Positions 19,864 to 29,970 of a stretch of DNA of 64,000 bases are shown piece by piece (within the stretch, counting starts at the first letter, position 1; each line of letters begins with the position of its first letter). The notes beneath the pieces were generated by a model, which worked only from the letters and a program-made list of their open reading frames with translations, made no database searches and was not told the origin of the DNA. Location: positions 416,001 through 480,000 of the forward strand of contig CAWDDT010000004.1 in assembly GCA_963801165.1 (NCBI GenBank), written 5' to 3'. The position numbers were made by a program, and so were the translations under genes. Source of the DNA: an uncultured bacterium (GTDB lineage: Bacteria > Actinomycetota > Acidimicrobiia > Spongiisociales > UBA5794).

Positions 19864-20655
19864 TCACGCAACTTCACGTGAGTGTGCCGGGCTCATGGTC
19901 GCTTGTGGTGTCGGTTCCAGCGAGTCTGCAATTGCCGCCCACGATGTGTCGGCGGCGATTCTCGCCCACACCTTGCGGACTTTGCGGATGTTGGCATGAA
20001 TCGTGCGCATGATGTTGTCCGCCTCTTGCACCGATATCTCATCCTGATCCCGGCTGAGGAGCATGCTCAGTTGGTCCCGGCAGCCGCCGAGCACCTCAGC
20101 GAGGGCCGAAGCCGGGCCGCGGACGTGCCTCGGGCGGAACGTGCCGGCAAGGTCGTCGACGGCGTCGAGCGCCTTGCCGAGCTCCTGCCGATAGAGATCA
20201 TCCATTGACCGTTGGTCTGCGAGCCATCTGCAGCGAGTGACCGCCGCCAGAATCCGGTCGAGCGCAATCTGCCCTGTGTGGAGGAGATTGGTGGTCGAGA
20301 TATTGGTCGTCGAGATAGTAGTGGTCGAGACTGTCTGGTCCGGGTCTTTGCTCGGCGCCAGGTCGGCGGGTGCCGATGCAGGCTCGACGAAGCCGTGCGC
20401 GGCTTGCGGCAAAGCCGTGGATGGAAGGCGACCGCCCGGCGATGTGAGTCTCGGAGTCGATCCGGCTGCTGCCCTTGCCATCACGGTGGCGTGGACCCGC
20501 TGGATGCGTTGGGCGACATCCTGTGCCAGATCCACCACGACCATGCGCCGGCCCCCGGTGAGTACCAGGACCGTCTCCGGCATCTGTTCGATTTGCTCTA
20601 TCGACTTGACGTTGATGAGGACGGTCCTGTTGCGGAGTGGCGTGATCGGAATCAT
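19864..20655 (-). CDS. FlbD-family protein with long C-terminal extension
   Basis: N-terminus MIPITPLRNRTVLINVKSIEQIEQMPETVLVLTGGRRMVV resembles flagellar FlbD/SwrD; ATGA-coupled to the upstream gene. Confidence 0.65.
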   Translation of the reverse strand: MIPITPLRNRTVLINVKSIEQIEQMPETVLVLTGGRRMVVVDLAQDVAQRIQRVHATVMARAAAGSTPRLTSPGGRLPSTALPQAAHGFVEPASAPADLAPSKDPDQTVSTTTISTTNISTTNLLHTGQIALDRILAAVTRCRWLADQRSMDDLYRQELGKALDAVDDLAGTFRPRHVRGPASALAEVLGGCRDQLSMLLSRDQDEISVQEADNIMRTIHANIRKVRKVWARIAADTSWAAIADSLEPTPQATMSPAHSREVA

Positions 20656-21428
20656 CGCGGCCACAAGATCAGTGATCGAAGTGTGTTGGCCCAGCGCAGC
20701 ATCTCGAGCACAGCCGGCGGTGGCTCATCGGCGTCCACCTTCGGCGGTGTGGCGTCCCGTTTGATCTCGACGGCGCCGGCGGCCATCGTTTTGGATTGGT
20801 CGGGCTCGCTGACCTGGTCATCGCCGCGTCGATCAGCTGTTGCCACCGCGGGCGCGTACGGGATCGGGGCGTACTCGTCTGGCGGTGGTGAGGTCATGAT
20901 CGGGGCTGCCGCCAGCCACAGTCTGATCACTCTGACCGCCTCGGGGGAGACTCTGAGGCTGGTGCTGTCGGCGCCGAGGATCGAGGTGCTCATCGCCTCG
21001 GCGAAGTGCTCGACGGGAGCCTGTTCCCATCCTGCGGAGTAGTCGAACCAGTCGCGATCGAGAGGGAGTTGCTGCGCCGAGAGGAACGCTTCGGTGAGGT
21101 TCTCGTCGGCGAACGCACCGCACGAAAGGAAGGCGTGGTGCGACAGTTCGTGAATAACGATCCCGGGCAATGTGGCGACGTCACCGCTTGGATCGATGAC
21201 CACCTGTTGGGTGGCCACCCGGTACTCGCCCCGACGAGAAGGCAGCTCTTCGAGGGTGATTGTCACCCCGGAAGCGCATCCCTGCCTTGGACCGAGTGCG
21301 TCCCACCATTGCTGGTACGCCTGTGCGATCACCGACTCGGCCGTGACCGAAGTGGCTCTTGCAACACCCGGCACAACGCCAATGCTGCCAAGTACCAGCA
21401 TTGCTGTGATTGCTACTCGAACACGCAT
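20652..21428 (-). CDS. Secreted HExxH zinc-metallopeptidase-like protein
   Basis: Signal peptide (..VARA), IHELSH, downstream PVEHFAEA. Confidence 0.65.
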   Translation of the reverse strand: MRVRVAITAMLVLGSIGVVPGVARATSVTAESVIAQAYQQWWDALGPRQGCASGVTITLEELPSRRGEYRVATQQVVIDPSGDVATLPGIVIHELSHHAFLSCGAFADENLTEAFLSAQQLPLDRDWFDYSAGWEQAPVEHFAEAMSTSILGADSTSLRVSPEAVRVIRLWLAAAPIMTSPPPDEYAPIPYAPAVATADRRGDDQVSEPDQSKTMAAGAVEIKRDATPPKVDADEPPPAVLEMLRWANTLRSLILWPR

Positions 21429-21561
21429 TTTCGACCGTCCCCTGTCTTGGTGTCTGTCTTGTCTGTCGGCGGAAGTGATTGGTGGTTAACTAGTTATTTT
21501 GTGCCGCATGGTGATAGTCACCAGATGGCCATGCGCGAGTCGTCTGGAGTTGGTGGGATCG

Positions 21562-23313
21562 CTAGCGACGGTCACCCAAGACGGGCAACCGTGCACTGGC
21601 TGCAGCGTTCTCGATGGCTACGGTGAGTTCCTCCGGGCGCCACGGCTTTGCCAGGCGGTGGTCCAACCCGACTGTCTGGAACCGGACGGGATCGGTTTGT
21701 CCTGAGTAGGTGGTGATGGCCACGATCGGTACATGAGCGCCGCAGTCGCTGGAGCGGACCATCGTGGCAGCGTCCACGCCGTCTGCCGATCGTGGCATCT
21801 GCATGTCCACGGCAACCACATCAAACGATCCCGTCGAGAGAGCGTCGACGGCTGCGGCGCCATCGGCAGCGGCGGTGACCGCGTGACCTCTCGCCTCCAA
21901 TATGTCCATGACGAGCCGCTGGCTGGTCGGGCTCGGGTCGGCGAGCAGCACTCGTAGGCTGGACCGGCCTTCGCGCAGCCAGTGGCGTGTAACGAGTGAT
22001 GTGTTCGTGCCGGCATTCCGAGATTCTTGAACGGTCGCGACGACGGCGTCGGCGAGGTCGCTGTCGACGACGGGCATTGCCAGATAGCCGGCGACGCCGA
22101 GCGCGCGGCACCGCGCCGCGTCGCCGCGCCTACCTGAGGGAACGACGAGCGTGACGGGTATTCTCCGGTGAGTCCGGTTCAGGAACGCTTCAGCGGTGTC
22201 AAAAGGATGTTGTGACCCGTAGATAACTGCCGCCCTCGCCGTTGCCACGCCATCCTGGTCCGTCCTCCATGCAGCCGGGGCTTCATCGGGGTGGGCCACG
22301 GCGATCGGTGCCATCCCGGCAGAGCCGAGTGCCGCGAGCAGTCCTCGTCGATCGTCAGCGGACTCGGAGACGATCAGCACGGCCAGACCCGTCGTTGTTA
22401 GGGGCGGCGTTGCCACCGGCTGGTCCGGCTCGCTGGCGTCGCCGACACCGAGCTCGACGAGGAAATGAACGACCGCCCGATCGTCGGTCCATACCTGTCC
22501 ACCCATCTCCGTCACTACCGCGGATGTGAGCATACGCGACAGGCTGTTCTCTTTGCCCTGGCTCGGCCGGGCTGGGTGCGGGACGGAATCGACGCAGTGC
22601 TGTGTGGCGAGATCCTCGATGTCAAACCGCAGGCTCACTGTGTTACGCGGACCCTCTACTCCCGATACCGTGATTGCGATGGATCCGCGTTCGGAAGCGT
22701 CAACGGCCTGGCGGAGGAGCCGGATGATCACGTCTCTCAGTCTGCCGGGATCTCCTACAAGCGTGTCGTGGAGGTCGGTGGCGACGGTGCCGCCCAGTTG
22801 CACGAGCTTTGCTCCCGCCCGTGGGGTAGCTACTGCGACTGCATCGTGGAGCAATCCGCGTAGGCTGAACGCCACTGTCTCGAGTGCGAGTTCACCTTTC
22901 CATGCGTTCACGAGATCGCCGAGACCGTTGATGATGGTGACTAGAGCGGCAGCTGAGGATTCGACCTCGTTGAGCTGCAGCACGTGGTCGTAGGCGAGGT
23001 CGGAGACACGTGCCCGCGCTGCTGCCACCAGGATTCGGTCGATGGGCTCGGCGAGTTCGCTGCTGACGCTGCCGACCAGAGTGGCCAGTATCGATGCGAA
23101 ATCATCTGCATCTGCTAACGGGCCATACCCTTCGATACCGAGCGCATTTGCGGCGCCGGATTTGGCGGACATCATCATGGCGTGTAGGCCTCCTCGGTCG
23201 AGCGGATGACCGGTGATCTTCATCGACCGTGGATACCCGGGTCTCGCCTCCGCGTCCTGTCGGTCGCCGAGAACGTTCCAGCATCGGTGGAGAGTTGCCA
23301 CTCGCGTACGCAT
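21562..23313 (-). CDS. Degenerate hybrid histidine kinase-like protein with two receiver domains
   Basis: GDPGRLRDV, RRGDAARCRALGVAGYLAMP, FDVVAVDMQMP...AKP; H-box reads SSELAEP. Confidence 0.75.
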   Translation of the reverse strand: MRTRVATLHRCWNVLGDRQDAEARPGYPRSMKITGHPLDRGGLHAMMMSAKSGAANALGIEGYGPLADADDFASILATLVGSVSSELAEPIDRILVAAARARVSDLAYDHVLQLNEVESSAAALVTIINGLGDLVNAWKGELALETVAFSLRGLLHDAVAVATPRAGAKLVQLGGTVATDLHDTLVGDPGRLRDVIIRLLRQAVDASERGSIAITVSGVEGPRNTVSLRFDIEDLATQHCVDSVPHPARPSQGKENSLSRMLTSAVVTEMGGQVWTDDRAVVHFLVELGVGDASEPDQPVATPPLTTTGLAVLIVSESADDRRGLLAALGSAGMAPIAVAHPDEAPAAWRTDQDGVATARAAVIYGSQHPFDTAEAFLNRTHRRIPVTLVVPSGRRGDAARCRALGVAGYLAMPVVDSDLADAVVATVQESRNAGTNTSLVTRHWLREGRSSLRVLLADPSPTSQRLVMDILEARGHAVTAAADGAAAVDALSTGSFDVVAVDMQMPRSADGVDAATMVRSSDCGAHVPIVAITTYSGQTDPVRFQTVGLDHRLAKPWRPEELTVAIENAAASARLPVLGDRR

Positions 23314-23531
23314 TCTCGACCGTCCCCTGACGTTGCGTACTGGTCGTTCTTCGGCACAAGTGACCGCCGGTATGAGTGGTCATTTCGCGCGGGGTGCCAA
23401 TAGTCACCAGGTCTGCTCCGAGACCGCATGGTTGGGTCCGTCCGCCAGGGTGGGCTGTCGTAGATTCCCCATCGGCTCGCCGTGAACAAGGCGCAGGCAG
23501 GGGCCGAAGCCCAAACGCATCGCGTCCCTGC

Positions 23532-25514
23532 TCACACTAGGACGGCGTCGGTGATGATCTCCACCAGGGCGGGGCCGGGATGGGCCAGCGCCTCCGCCAG
23601 GGCAGGGGCGAGCCCATCCTCACCTTCGACCCGTAGTCCCATTGCCCCGCATGACCGGGCGAAGGCGGCAAAATCGGGGTTCGTCAGCGAGGTTTGCCAC
23701 ACGTCGTACTCGGCGGCTCGTTGTTCCTTGCTTATCTTCCCCAGCTCGCCGTTTGTGAGCAGCACGCAGGTGATGTCCATCCCGTACTTGGCGGCAGTGG
23801 ACATTTCCATGGAGTATTGGCCGAAACCGCCGTCACCACACACGGCGATGACCTGCCGCTCGCCGTCCACCGCGGCCCAGGCACCCATCGCCGCGGGCAA
23901 CCCGAAGCCGATTGATCCCAGGTACCCGGACATCAGCACCGTCTGGTTGGTGACCTCGAAATAGCGGCCGAAGGAGTAGGTGTTGTTTCCCACGTCGACG
24001 CAGATCACCGCGTCGTCGTCGGCGGCTGTGGTCAGCTCCGCAAACACCGAAGCGGAGTTGAGGCCTTGGCCGCGATCGTCTCTGGCGCGGCGTGACGTCT
24101 CTTCCCGCCAGATCGCCCACCGATCGGCGAGCTCGGGCCGCTGATCGACCCATTCGCCGCCGTTCAGACCCGCGAGCAACTCCCGGGCGGTCAACCCGAC
24201 GTCTCCGAGAATCCCGAGCTCGACGGGATCGTGGCGACCGATTCCCCACCGGTCATGGTCAATTTGGATCGTCGGCTTGTAGGGAGCGATTCCCGTGTGG
24301 TTCGAGAAAGACGCACCAAAAACGATGAGCAGGTCCGACTCGTTCATGAACCAGCTGGCGACCGGAGTGCCGCTGCGTCCCAGCACACCACACCCGAGCG
24401 GGTGCCGATCGGGGATCTGACCCTTCGCCTTGAAGGTGGTCATCACCGGAGCGCTGAGCCTCTCCGCCAGTTCCACGACCGCGCCCATGTGGCGCCGCGC
24501 TCCGGCGCCCACGATGATGACGGGCCGTGATGCCGACTCGATCTTCACGCAGGCAGCGCGCACCACATCCAGATCGGGTGTGACCGGGTCGTGCGCCCAC
24601 CGCCCATCCGGCGGTGTAGGCGGGGCGTCTGTGACCGGGAGCGCTTGCACGTCGTCCGGGAGCATCAGATGCGTGACGGTTTGTTCGACGATTGCGCGTT
24701 TGCAGGCGAGGGCCATCAGCTCGGCATGGTTCGAATGCGCCTGCACCGTCTCCGACGAAGCGGCTACATCACCGAACACGGCTTCGAGGTCGAGATCCTG
24801 GAACGCTCCGCGTCCCTTGACCTTCGAGGGCACCTGGCCGGAGATGGCGAGAACCGGCGCCTGATCGAGCTTGGCGTCGTAGAGACCAGTCAACAGGTTT
24901 GTCGATCCGGGTCCGGCAATGCCGAAGCACGCTGCCGGGCGCCCGGTCAGCTTGCCATACGCGGATGCGGCAAACGCGGCGGCTCCCTCGTGACGGACCC
25001 CGATGTATCGCAGCTGCTTGCGCGTCTCGGCGCGCCGCATGGCATCGGCGAACCCGAGATTCGAGTGGCCGACCATGCCGAACACCGCGTGCACGCCCCA
25101 CGCAACCATCGTCTCGACGAGCACGTCCGAAACAGTGCGCCGATGCGCGACGTCGTCCGGTAGGGCGACGTAAATGCCGTCGTCACGCCGCTCGGTGGGA
25201 TATGCGGTTGGGGCGTCGGTGAAGCTGGGGGGCGGGAGACCGTTGCATGGGGAGAACTCATACCCGTGCCACGGGCAGCGCAGCCATCCGTTCTCGATCG
25301 ACCCTTCTCCGAGTGGACCGCCCTGATGCGGGCAGCGGTTGTCCAGTGCCCCGACGCAGCCCTCGTATTTGCTCACCGCCAGGCTCCGGTGCCCGACCGT
25401 GACCGTCATGACGCGTCCCTCGGATACGGCATCGTGGTCCGCAAGCCGGTGCCAGGACCAGCTTCCCGGCGGCGGTGTCGGCGGCTCTGTCGATGGGGCG
25501 CTGTTCGTTGCCAC
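23532..25514 (-). CDS. Rieske domain fused to a TPP-dependent pyruvate oxidase-like enzyme
   Basis: CPHQGGPL...CPWHG; VRHEGAAAFAA, GPGSTNL, GDGGF...TNGELG. Confidence 0.9.
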   Translation of the reverse strand: MATNSAPSTEPPTPPPGSWSWHRLADHDAVSEGRVMTVTVGHRSLAVSKYEGCVGALDNRCPHQGGPLGEGSIENGWLRCPWHGYEFSPCNGLPPPSFTDAPTAYPTERRDDGIYVALPDDVAHRRTVSDVLVETMVAWGVHAVFGMVGHSNLGFADAMRRAETRKQLRYIGVRHEGAAAFAASAYGKLTGRPAACFGIAGPGSTNLLTGLYDAKLDQAPVLAISGQVPSKVKGRGAFQDLDLEAVFGDVAASSETVQAHSNHAELMALACKRAIVEQTVTHLMLPDDVQALPVTDAPPTPPDGRWAHDPVTPDLDVVRAACVKIESASRPVIIVGAGARRHMGAVVELAERLSAPVMTTFKAKGQIPDRHPLGCGVLGRSGTPVASWFMNESDLLIVFGASFSNHTGIAPYKPTIQIDHDRWGIGRHDPVELGILGDVGLTARELLAGLNGGEWVDQRPELADRWAIWREETSRRARDDRGQGLNSASVFAELTTAADDDAVICVDVGNNTYSFGRYFEVTNQTVLMSGYLGSIGFGLPAAMGAWAAVDGERQVIAVCGDGGFGQYSMEMSTAAKYGMDITCVLLTNGELGKISKEQRAAEYDVWQTSLTNPDFAAFARSCGAMGLRVEGEDGLAPALAEALAHPGPALVEIITDAVLV

Positions 25515-25853
25515 TATGTCTCCTTCGCTTCCACAGATTCTGGCGGTGTGCGGGCGGCGTTACACCCGGGCACCCGCGCCGAGCCGGGTGCAATTGTCGG
25601 CGGCAGCTTCACTTGACGGTACACGCCAGTCCCCAGTCGTACTCACGTCGAGAAGAACCAGATGCGACCCGGGTCTGTTCCTGCGGAGCCCCGGGCGAAC
25701 CAGAAGGTTTCGAGTTGGGGAACCGCCTCGAGCCAGCTTCCTGCCAATCGCCCTGACGTCGCCTGCCCGGTGATGTCCCACGTGGAGCCGGTCTCCGCTT
25801 CGTGCGTAGATCGTGCCGGTATATCGAAGTGGTGTACGCCGGAACAGGAGGGG

Positions 25854-26360
25854 TCACAGCCCGCGGGTGAGGGTGACGACATCGACCGGGGTCTCCTCGA
25901 CCAGCTCGAGATCGGTGCCGATGACGTCTAAGCCGTGGTGCTGGTAGAAGCGGATCGCTCGCTCGTTGCCGGTCTCGGTGCTGACGATCATCGTGGTGAA
26001 CCCGTAGCCCTTTGATGCCGCCACCGTAGCGTCGAGCAACCGGGTGCCGATCCCGGCCCCGATTGTCTCCCGGAGAACGACGATCCCCGACAGCTCGACC
26101 GTGTCCGCGGTCTCGGCGCGGGTCGAGGCGAAGCCGATGATCCGGTCACCCGACCTTGCTATGTACATCCGATGATCGGGGCCGCCAGTGCGCGACCGGA
26201 TCAGGTCGGGATCGGCGACGTCGGCGATGACCTCCTCGGTGGCGCCGGCAAAACCAGGGGCACCCGGCCCGGCCTGGCGCCATGCCTCCCACAGAAACGC
26301 CGAGATGGCGTCGACATCGCCATCCTTTGCTTCGCCAACCATCGGGGTGCTGTCCGTCAT
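25854..26360 (-). CDS. GNAT N-acetyltransferase
   Basis: GAGIGTRLL, NERAIRFYQHHG. Confidence 0.85.
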   Translation of the reverse strand: MTDSTPMVGEAKDGDVDAISAFLWEAWRQAGPGAPGFAGATEEVIADVADPDLIRSRTGGPDHRMYIARSGDRIIGFASTRAETADTVELSGIVVLRETIGAGIGTRLLDATVAASKGYGFTTMIVSTETGNERAIRFYQHHGLDVIGTDLELVEETPVDVVTLTRGL

Positions 26361-26442
26361 GATCCCATTCAACCGCACCGAATATCGCCCCCAAAGTCGC
26401 GAAATCCGCATTTCTGTCACACCCCACCGATAACGTGGCCAC

Positions 26443-26695
26443 ATGCTCTCAGAGAAGGACATACAGGTCCTCGATTTCGAGGCAGGCTGGTGGCATTTCC
26501 CCGAGCCGAAAGATCGCGCGTATCCGCGACTATCTCGGCATGAGCTCCACGCGCTACTACCAGGCGTTGCGCCGGCTCGTCGAAGACGAGGAGGCTGCTC
26601 TCAGGTATCCACTGGTTATCAAGCGTCTGCGCAAGATGAGGGAAGAGCGGAAGAAAGCGCTCGCCAGGCGGATCGACACGCCGGTCGGCGGATGA
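26443..26695 (+). CDS. DUF3263 family protein (frameshift ~26520)
   Basis: LSEKDIQVLDFEAGWW..K joined to IRDYLGMSSTRYYQAL...YPLVIKRLR. Confidence 0.75.
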
Positions 26696-27963
26696 GCGAG
26701 ACCTCTCCCGACGTCGTCCCCGAGACGACCGAGGTGAGACGCGAACGCGACCTGAACGCGGTGATCACGCGGATGGGCATCGCCGCCTGGAGCTTGGTCG
26801 GCGCCGCGGTCCTCATCTGGATCGTGCTCCTGGTGCTGGGACGAATCCAGATCCTGCTGGCACCGATCGTGCTGGCGGTCGCCATCATCTATATTCTCAA
26901 CCCACTCGTCGGCTGGCTCTCGGACCGCCATGTTCCCCGGATCCTGGCGGCCATGCTCGGGTTCCTCTTTCTGCTTGCGGTGCTTGCCGGTATCGGGGCC
27001 GCGGTTGCCCCGGTCGTTACCAATCAGGGCTCCGAGTTGACTACCAGTTTCCCGCAGATATACGAGGACACCGCCTCAGACCTCGAGAATATGGCCGCCG
27101 ACATGGGCTTCAACGTCGATCTCTGGTCGTACGACCAGTTGCAACAGTTCATCCACGACCCGCAGGCGCAGGATCAGATTCTGTCTGTTGTCTGGTCCCG
27201 TCTCGGTGACGTTACGAGCGGCGTGCTCGAGGCCATCCTTGTCTTTGTGATCGCACCGGTTGTGGCGTTCTACGTGCTCATCGACCTTCCCCGCGTCCGC
27301 AAGGAGGCGACCGCCCTCATACCGGAACGGCACAGGGCCGAGGTACTGCACGTGACGCGCCGGCTGGGCGGTGCGGTCGGTGGGTTCCTACGCGGCCAGA
27401 TGCTGGTGGCCCTGATCGTCGGCGTGCTCACCAGCACCGGCTTCTGGATCATCGGTCTCAACTTCTGGCTGATCATCGGGATGCTCGCCGGTGCGCTCAA
27501 CATCATCCCGTTCGTCGGCCCCTGGGTGGGGGGCTTTCTCGGGGTTATGGTCGGGTTCGTCACCGCAGACGCACGCACTGCGGTCCTTGCCGCCCTGGTT
27601 GCGCTCCTGGTCCAGCAGCTGGACAACCACCTCATCAGCCCGAACGTTCTCCGGGCGACGGTTCATCTGCACCCGGCACTGATCATCTTGTTGATCCTGC
27701 TCGGTGGTGGTGTCGGTGGCATCTGGGGCGTGCTGCTGGCGGTCCCGGTGGCCGCCAGCATCAAGATCGTCGCCGGCCATTTGTGGCGCACCCGCGTGCT
27801 TGGCCAGACCTGGGAGGATGCCTACGCAGACATGATGGAATCATCCCACCCGCCCGAACCTCTGCTCGATGAGATCATCCGGGAAATCGTCCATGCCGAC
27901 GCCGGCGCCCAGGAGACGGATGAGGTGGGGGCACCCGACGGCGGCGACGAGCCGACCGAGTAG
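26692..27963 (+). CDS. AI-2E family transporter
   Basis: YILNPLV, GFLRGQ, IPFVGP, QQLDNHLISP, LHP, LAVP. Confidence 0.9.
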   Translation: MSETSPDVVPETTEVRRERDLNAVITRMGIAAWSLVGAAVLIWIVLLVLGRIQILLAPIVLAVAIIYILNPLVGWLSDRHVPRILAAMLGFLFLLAVLAGIGAAVAPVVTNQGSELTTSFPQIYEDTASDLENMAADMGFNVDLWSYDQLQQFIHDPQAQDQILSVVWSRLGDVTSGVLEAILVFVIAPVVAFYVLIDLPRVRKEATALIPERHRAEVLHVTRRLGGAVGGFLRGQMLVALIVGVLTSTGFWIIGLNFWLIIGMLAGALNIIPFVGPWVGGFLGVMVGFVTADARTAVLAALVALLVQQLDNHLISPNVLRATVHLHPALIILLILLGGGVGGIWGVLLAVPVAASIKIVAGHLWRTRVLGQTWEDAYADMMESSHPPEPLLDEIIREIVHADAGAQETDEVGAPDGGDEPTE

Positions 27964-27972
27964 CCACTCGTC

Positions 27973-28932
27973 ATGCTGGACGTGATCCTCGGTGCGTTGC
28001 TTGTCGGGTTGGGGATCCGCGGCTGGATGCGGGGTCTGTTGCGCGAGGTGATCAGCCTGGCGGTGCTCATTGTCGGAACCGTGGCTTCCTTCCGGTTGTC
28101 CACCCCGGTGGGAAGGGTACTGGTGAACATGTCCGGCATCTCCCCGGACGTCGGGCGCTACATCGCGGGCATCGGCATCTTCCTTGCCATAGCAGTGGGG
28201 GCGGGGATCGTCAGCCGGATCATCCACGGCGGCCTGCGTCTCCTTCCCGGTGTATCGACGCTGAACCGGGCCGCAGGTGCGACGCTCAGCCTCATCGCGT
28301 TCACCCTGGTGGTAACGCTCGCTGTGTCGATGGCGACCGTTGTCGATCTGCCCGACGCAGCGAAACGCCAACTCGACGAGTCGACGGTGGCGGCGGCTCT
28401 CACCGATCCGGGCGGGATTCCACAACGTGTGCTCGGCTTCCTCTCGGGTGATCGAGTGGTGGAGGTCTCGCTGCGTATCCGCTCGCTCACCGGCGCCGAC
28501 CACGCCGTCGCGTCGGCCGGTGCGCCTCTCGAGCTGCCCGCTACGGATCGGGAGGATCTGCAGCGACTCCCCGCCGCGGAGGCAACGATCCTCGATCTGC
28601 TCAATCGGGAGCGAGTTGCCGCTGATGTCGAGCCGTTGCCGGAAGCTACCGGTCTCGGAGACGTCGCGTTCGAGATGGCGGCGGACGGCTATAGCCGTGG
28701 ACGAATCGAGGTCCTGGAGAGCGAGCACCTGCGCGCCATTCTCAACAGCGCGGGCATTCCGACGACAACGGCGGTGGAGCTCGTCGTCCTCACCGCAGGT
28801 CCCGAGTCGGCGCATGCGGCACTCGTCGAGGAGATGAAGGACGAGATGACTGCCGCAGGTTTCACCCGGGCCGGGATCGCAGTCGTGGAGGGCCCCTTCG
28901 GGTTGCTCGTCGTCGAGCTACTCACCGACTAG
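27973..28932 (+). CDS. CvpA family membrane protein with C-terminal CAP-like domain
   Basis: GWMRGLLREV, LNRAAGA; C-terminal ILDLLNRER...FTRAGIAV. Confidence 0.7.
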   Translation: MLDVILGALLVGLGIRGWMRGLLREVISLAVLIVGTVASFRLSTPVGRVLVNMSGISPDVGRYIAGIGIFLAIAVGAGIVSRIIHGGLRLLPGVSTLNRAAGATLSLIAFTLVVTLAVSMATVVDLPDAAKRQLDESTVAAALTDPGGIPQRVLGFLSGDRVVEVSLRIRSLTGADHAVASAGAPLELPATDREDLQRLPAAEATILDLLNRERVAADVEPLPEATGLGDVAFEMAADGYSRGRIEVLESEHLRAILNSAGIPTTTAVELVVLTAGPESAHAALVEEMKDEMTAAGFTRAGIAVVEGPFGLLVVELLTD

Positions 28933-29034
28933 GTGTAGTCGGTCCTCGGGGATAAGACCCGAATCATCCATGCGAAGGAGGACGCGCAATCGATGGTTCT
29001 CGTATGCTGCATCGGAACGGGTGTAGGAGGAAGC

Positions 29035-29970
29035 TTGAACGTCTTGGAGTGCGAGGGTCTGGTCAAGACCTTTGGTGATCTGGTCGCGGTCGACGATGTG
29101 GGGTTCCAGATCGCGCCCGGAGAGACGTACGGTCTGCTCGGGCCGAACGGGGCAGGCAAGACGACCACGATCTCGATGATCGCCGGGATTCTGGAGGCCG
29201 ATGCCGGCTCGGTGACGGTTGCCGGCAAGCAGATCACAACCCGGACGACCGAAGGCAACGTCGAGATCGGGTACGTGCCTCAGGACATCGCGATCTATCC
29301 GGATCTGTCCGCACGGGAGAACCTGCGCTTCTTCGGCAAGCTGTACGGTCTTGGCAAGGCCAGGTTGCTGGGTCGAATCGAAGAGGTACTGGAGGTGATC
29401 GGGCTCACCGACCGCGCCGACGATCGCACCGATGAGTACTCCGGCGGGATGAAGCGGCGGCTCAACATTGGCATCGGTCTGCTCCATGAGCCGAGCCTGT
29501 TGATTCTCGATGAGCCGACCGTCGGCGTTGATCCGCAAAGCCGCAACTCGATCCTCGAGAGTGTCGAAGCGCTCGGCTCGGCCGGTACCGCGGTGCTCTA
29601 CACGACTCACTACATGGAAGAAGCAGAGCGGTTGTGCGATCGGGTGGCCATCATCGATGCGGGAAGGATCCGCGCTGAGGGCACCCGGCGGGAGCTGGTC
29701 CAGCTCATGGGTCAGAAGGACACCATCAACCTCAGCGTCGTCGGGTCGGCACGGAGGCTGGTAGAGGCTCTGGAGCCGATAGAGCAGGTGGCCAGCGTCA
29801 CCGCGGCCGAGGGTTCTGTGGAGCTGCTCGTCGACGGCGCCAGCAGCCTGCTGCCCAGGATTCTCGACGCAGCCCAGGGCGCGGGAGTTGCCGTTTCTGG
29901 TGTTGAGGTGATCGAGCCCAATCTCGAATCGGTATTTCTCCACCTGACCGGGAAGGCGTTGCGCGACTGA
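29035..29970 (+). CDS. ABC-2 type exporter ATP-binding protein
   Basis: GPNGAGKTT, YSGGMKRRL, LDEPTVGVDP. Confidence 0.93.
   Translation: MNVLECEGLVKTFGDLVAVDDVGFQIAPGETYGLLGPNGAGKTTTISMIAGILEADAGSVTVAGKQITTRTTEGNVEIGYVPQDIAIYPDLSARENLRFFGKLYGLGKARLLGRIEEVLEVIGLTDRADDRTDEYSGGMKRRLNIGIGLLHEPSLLILDEPTVGVDPQSRNSILESVEALGSAGTAVLYTTHYMEEAERLCDRVAIIDAGRIRAEGTRRELVQLMGQKDTINLSVVGSARRLVEALEPIEQVASVTAAEGSVELLVDGASSLLPRILDAAQGAGVAVSGVEVIEPNLESVFLHLTGKALRD

Noticed and set aside
26443-27963. Single 506-aa ORF
   Set aside because: Artefactual join of a frameshifted DUF3263 start to the AI-2E transporter.
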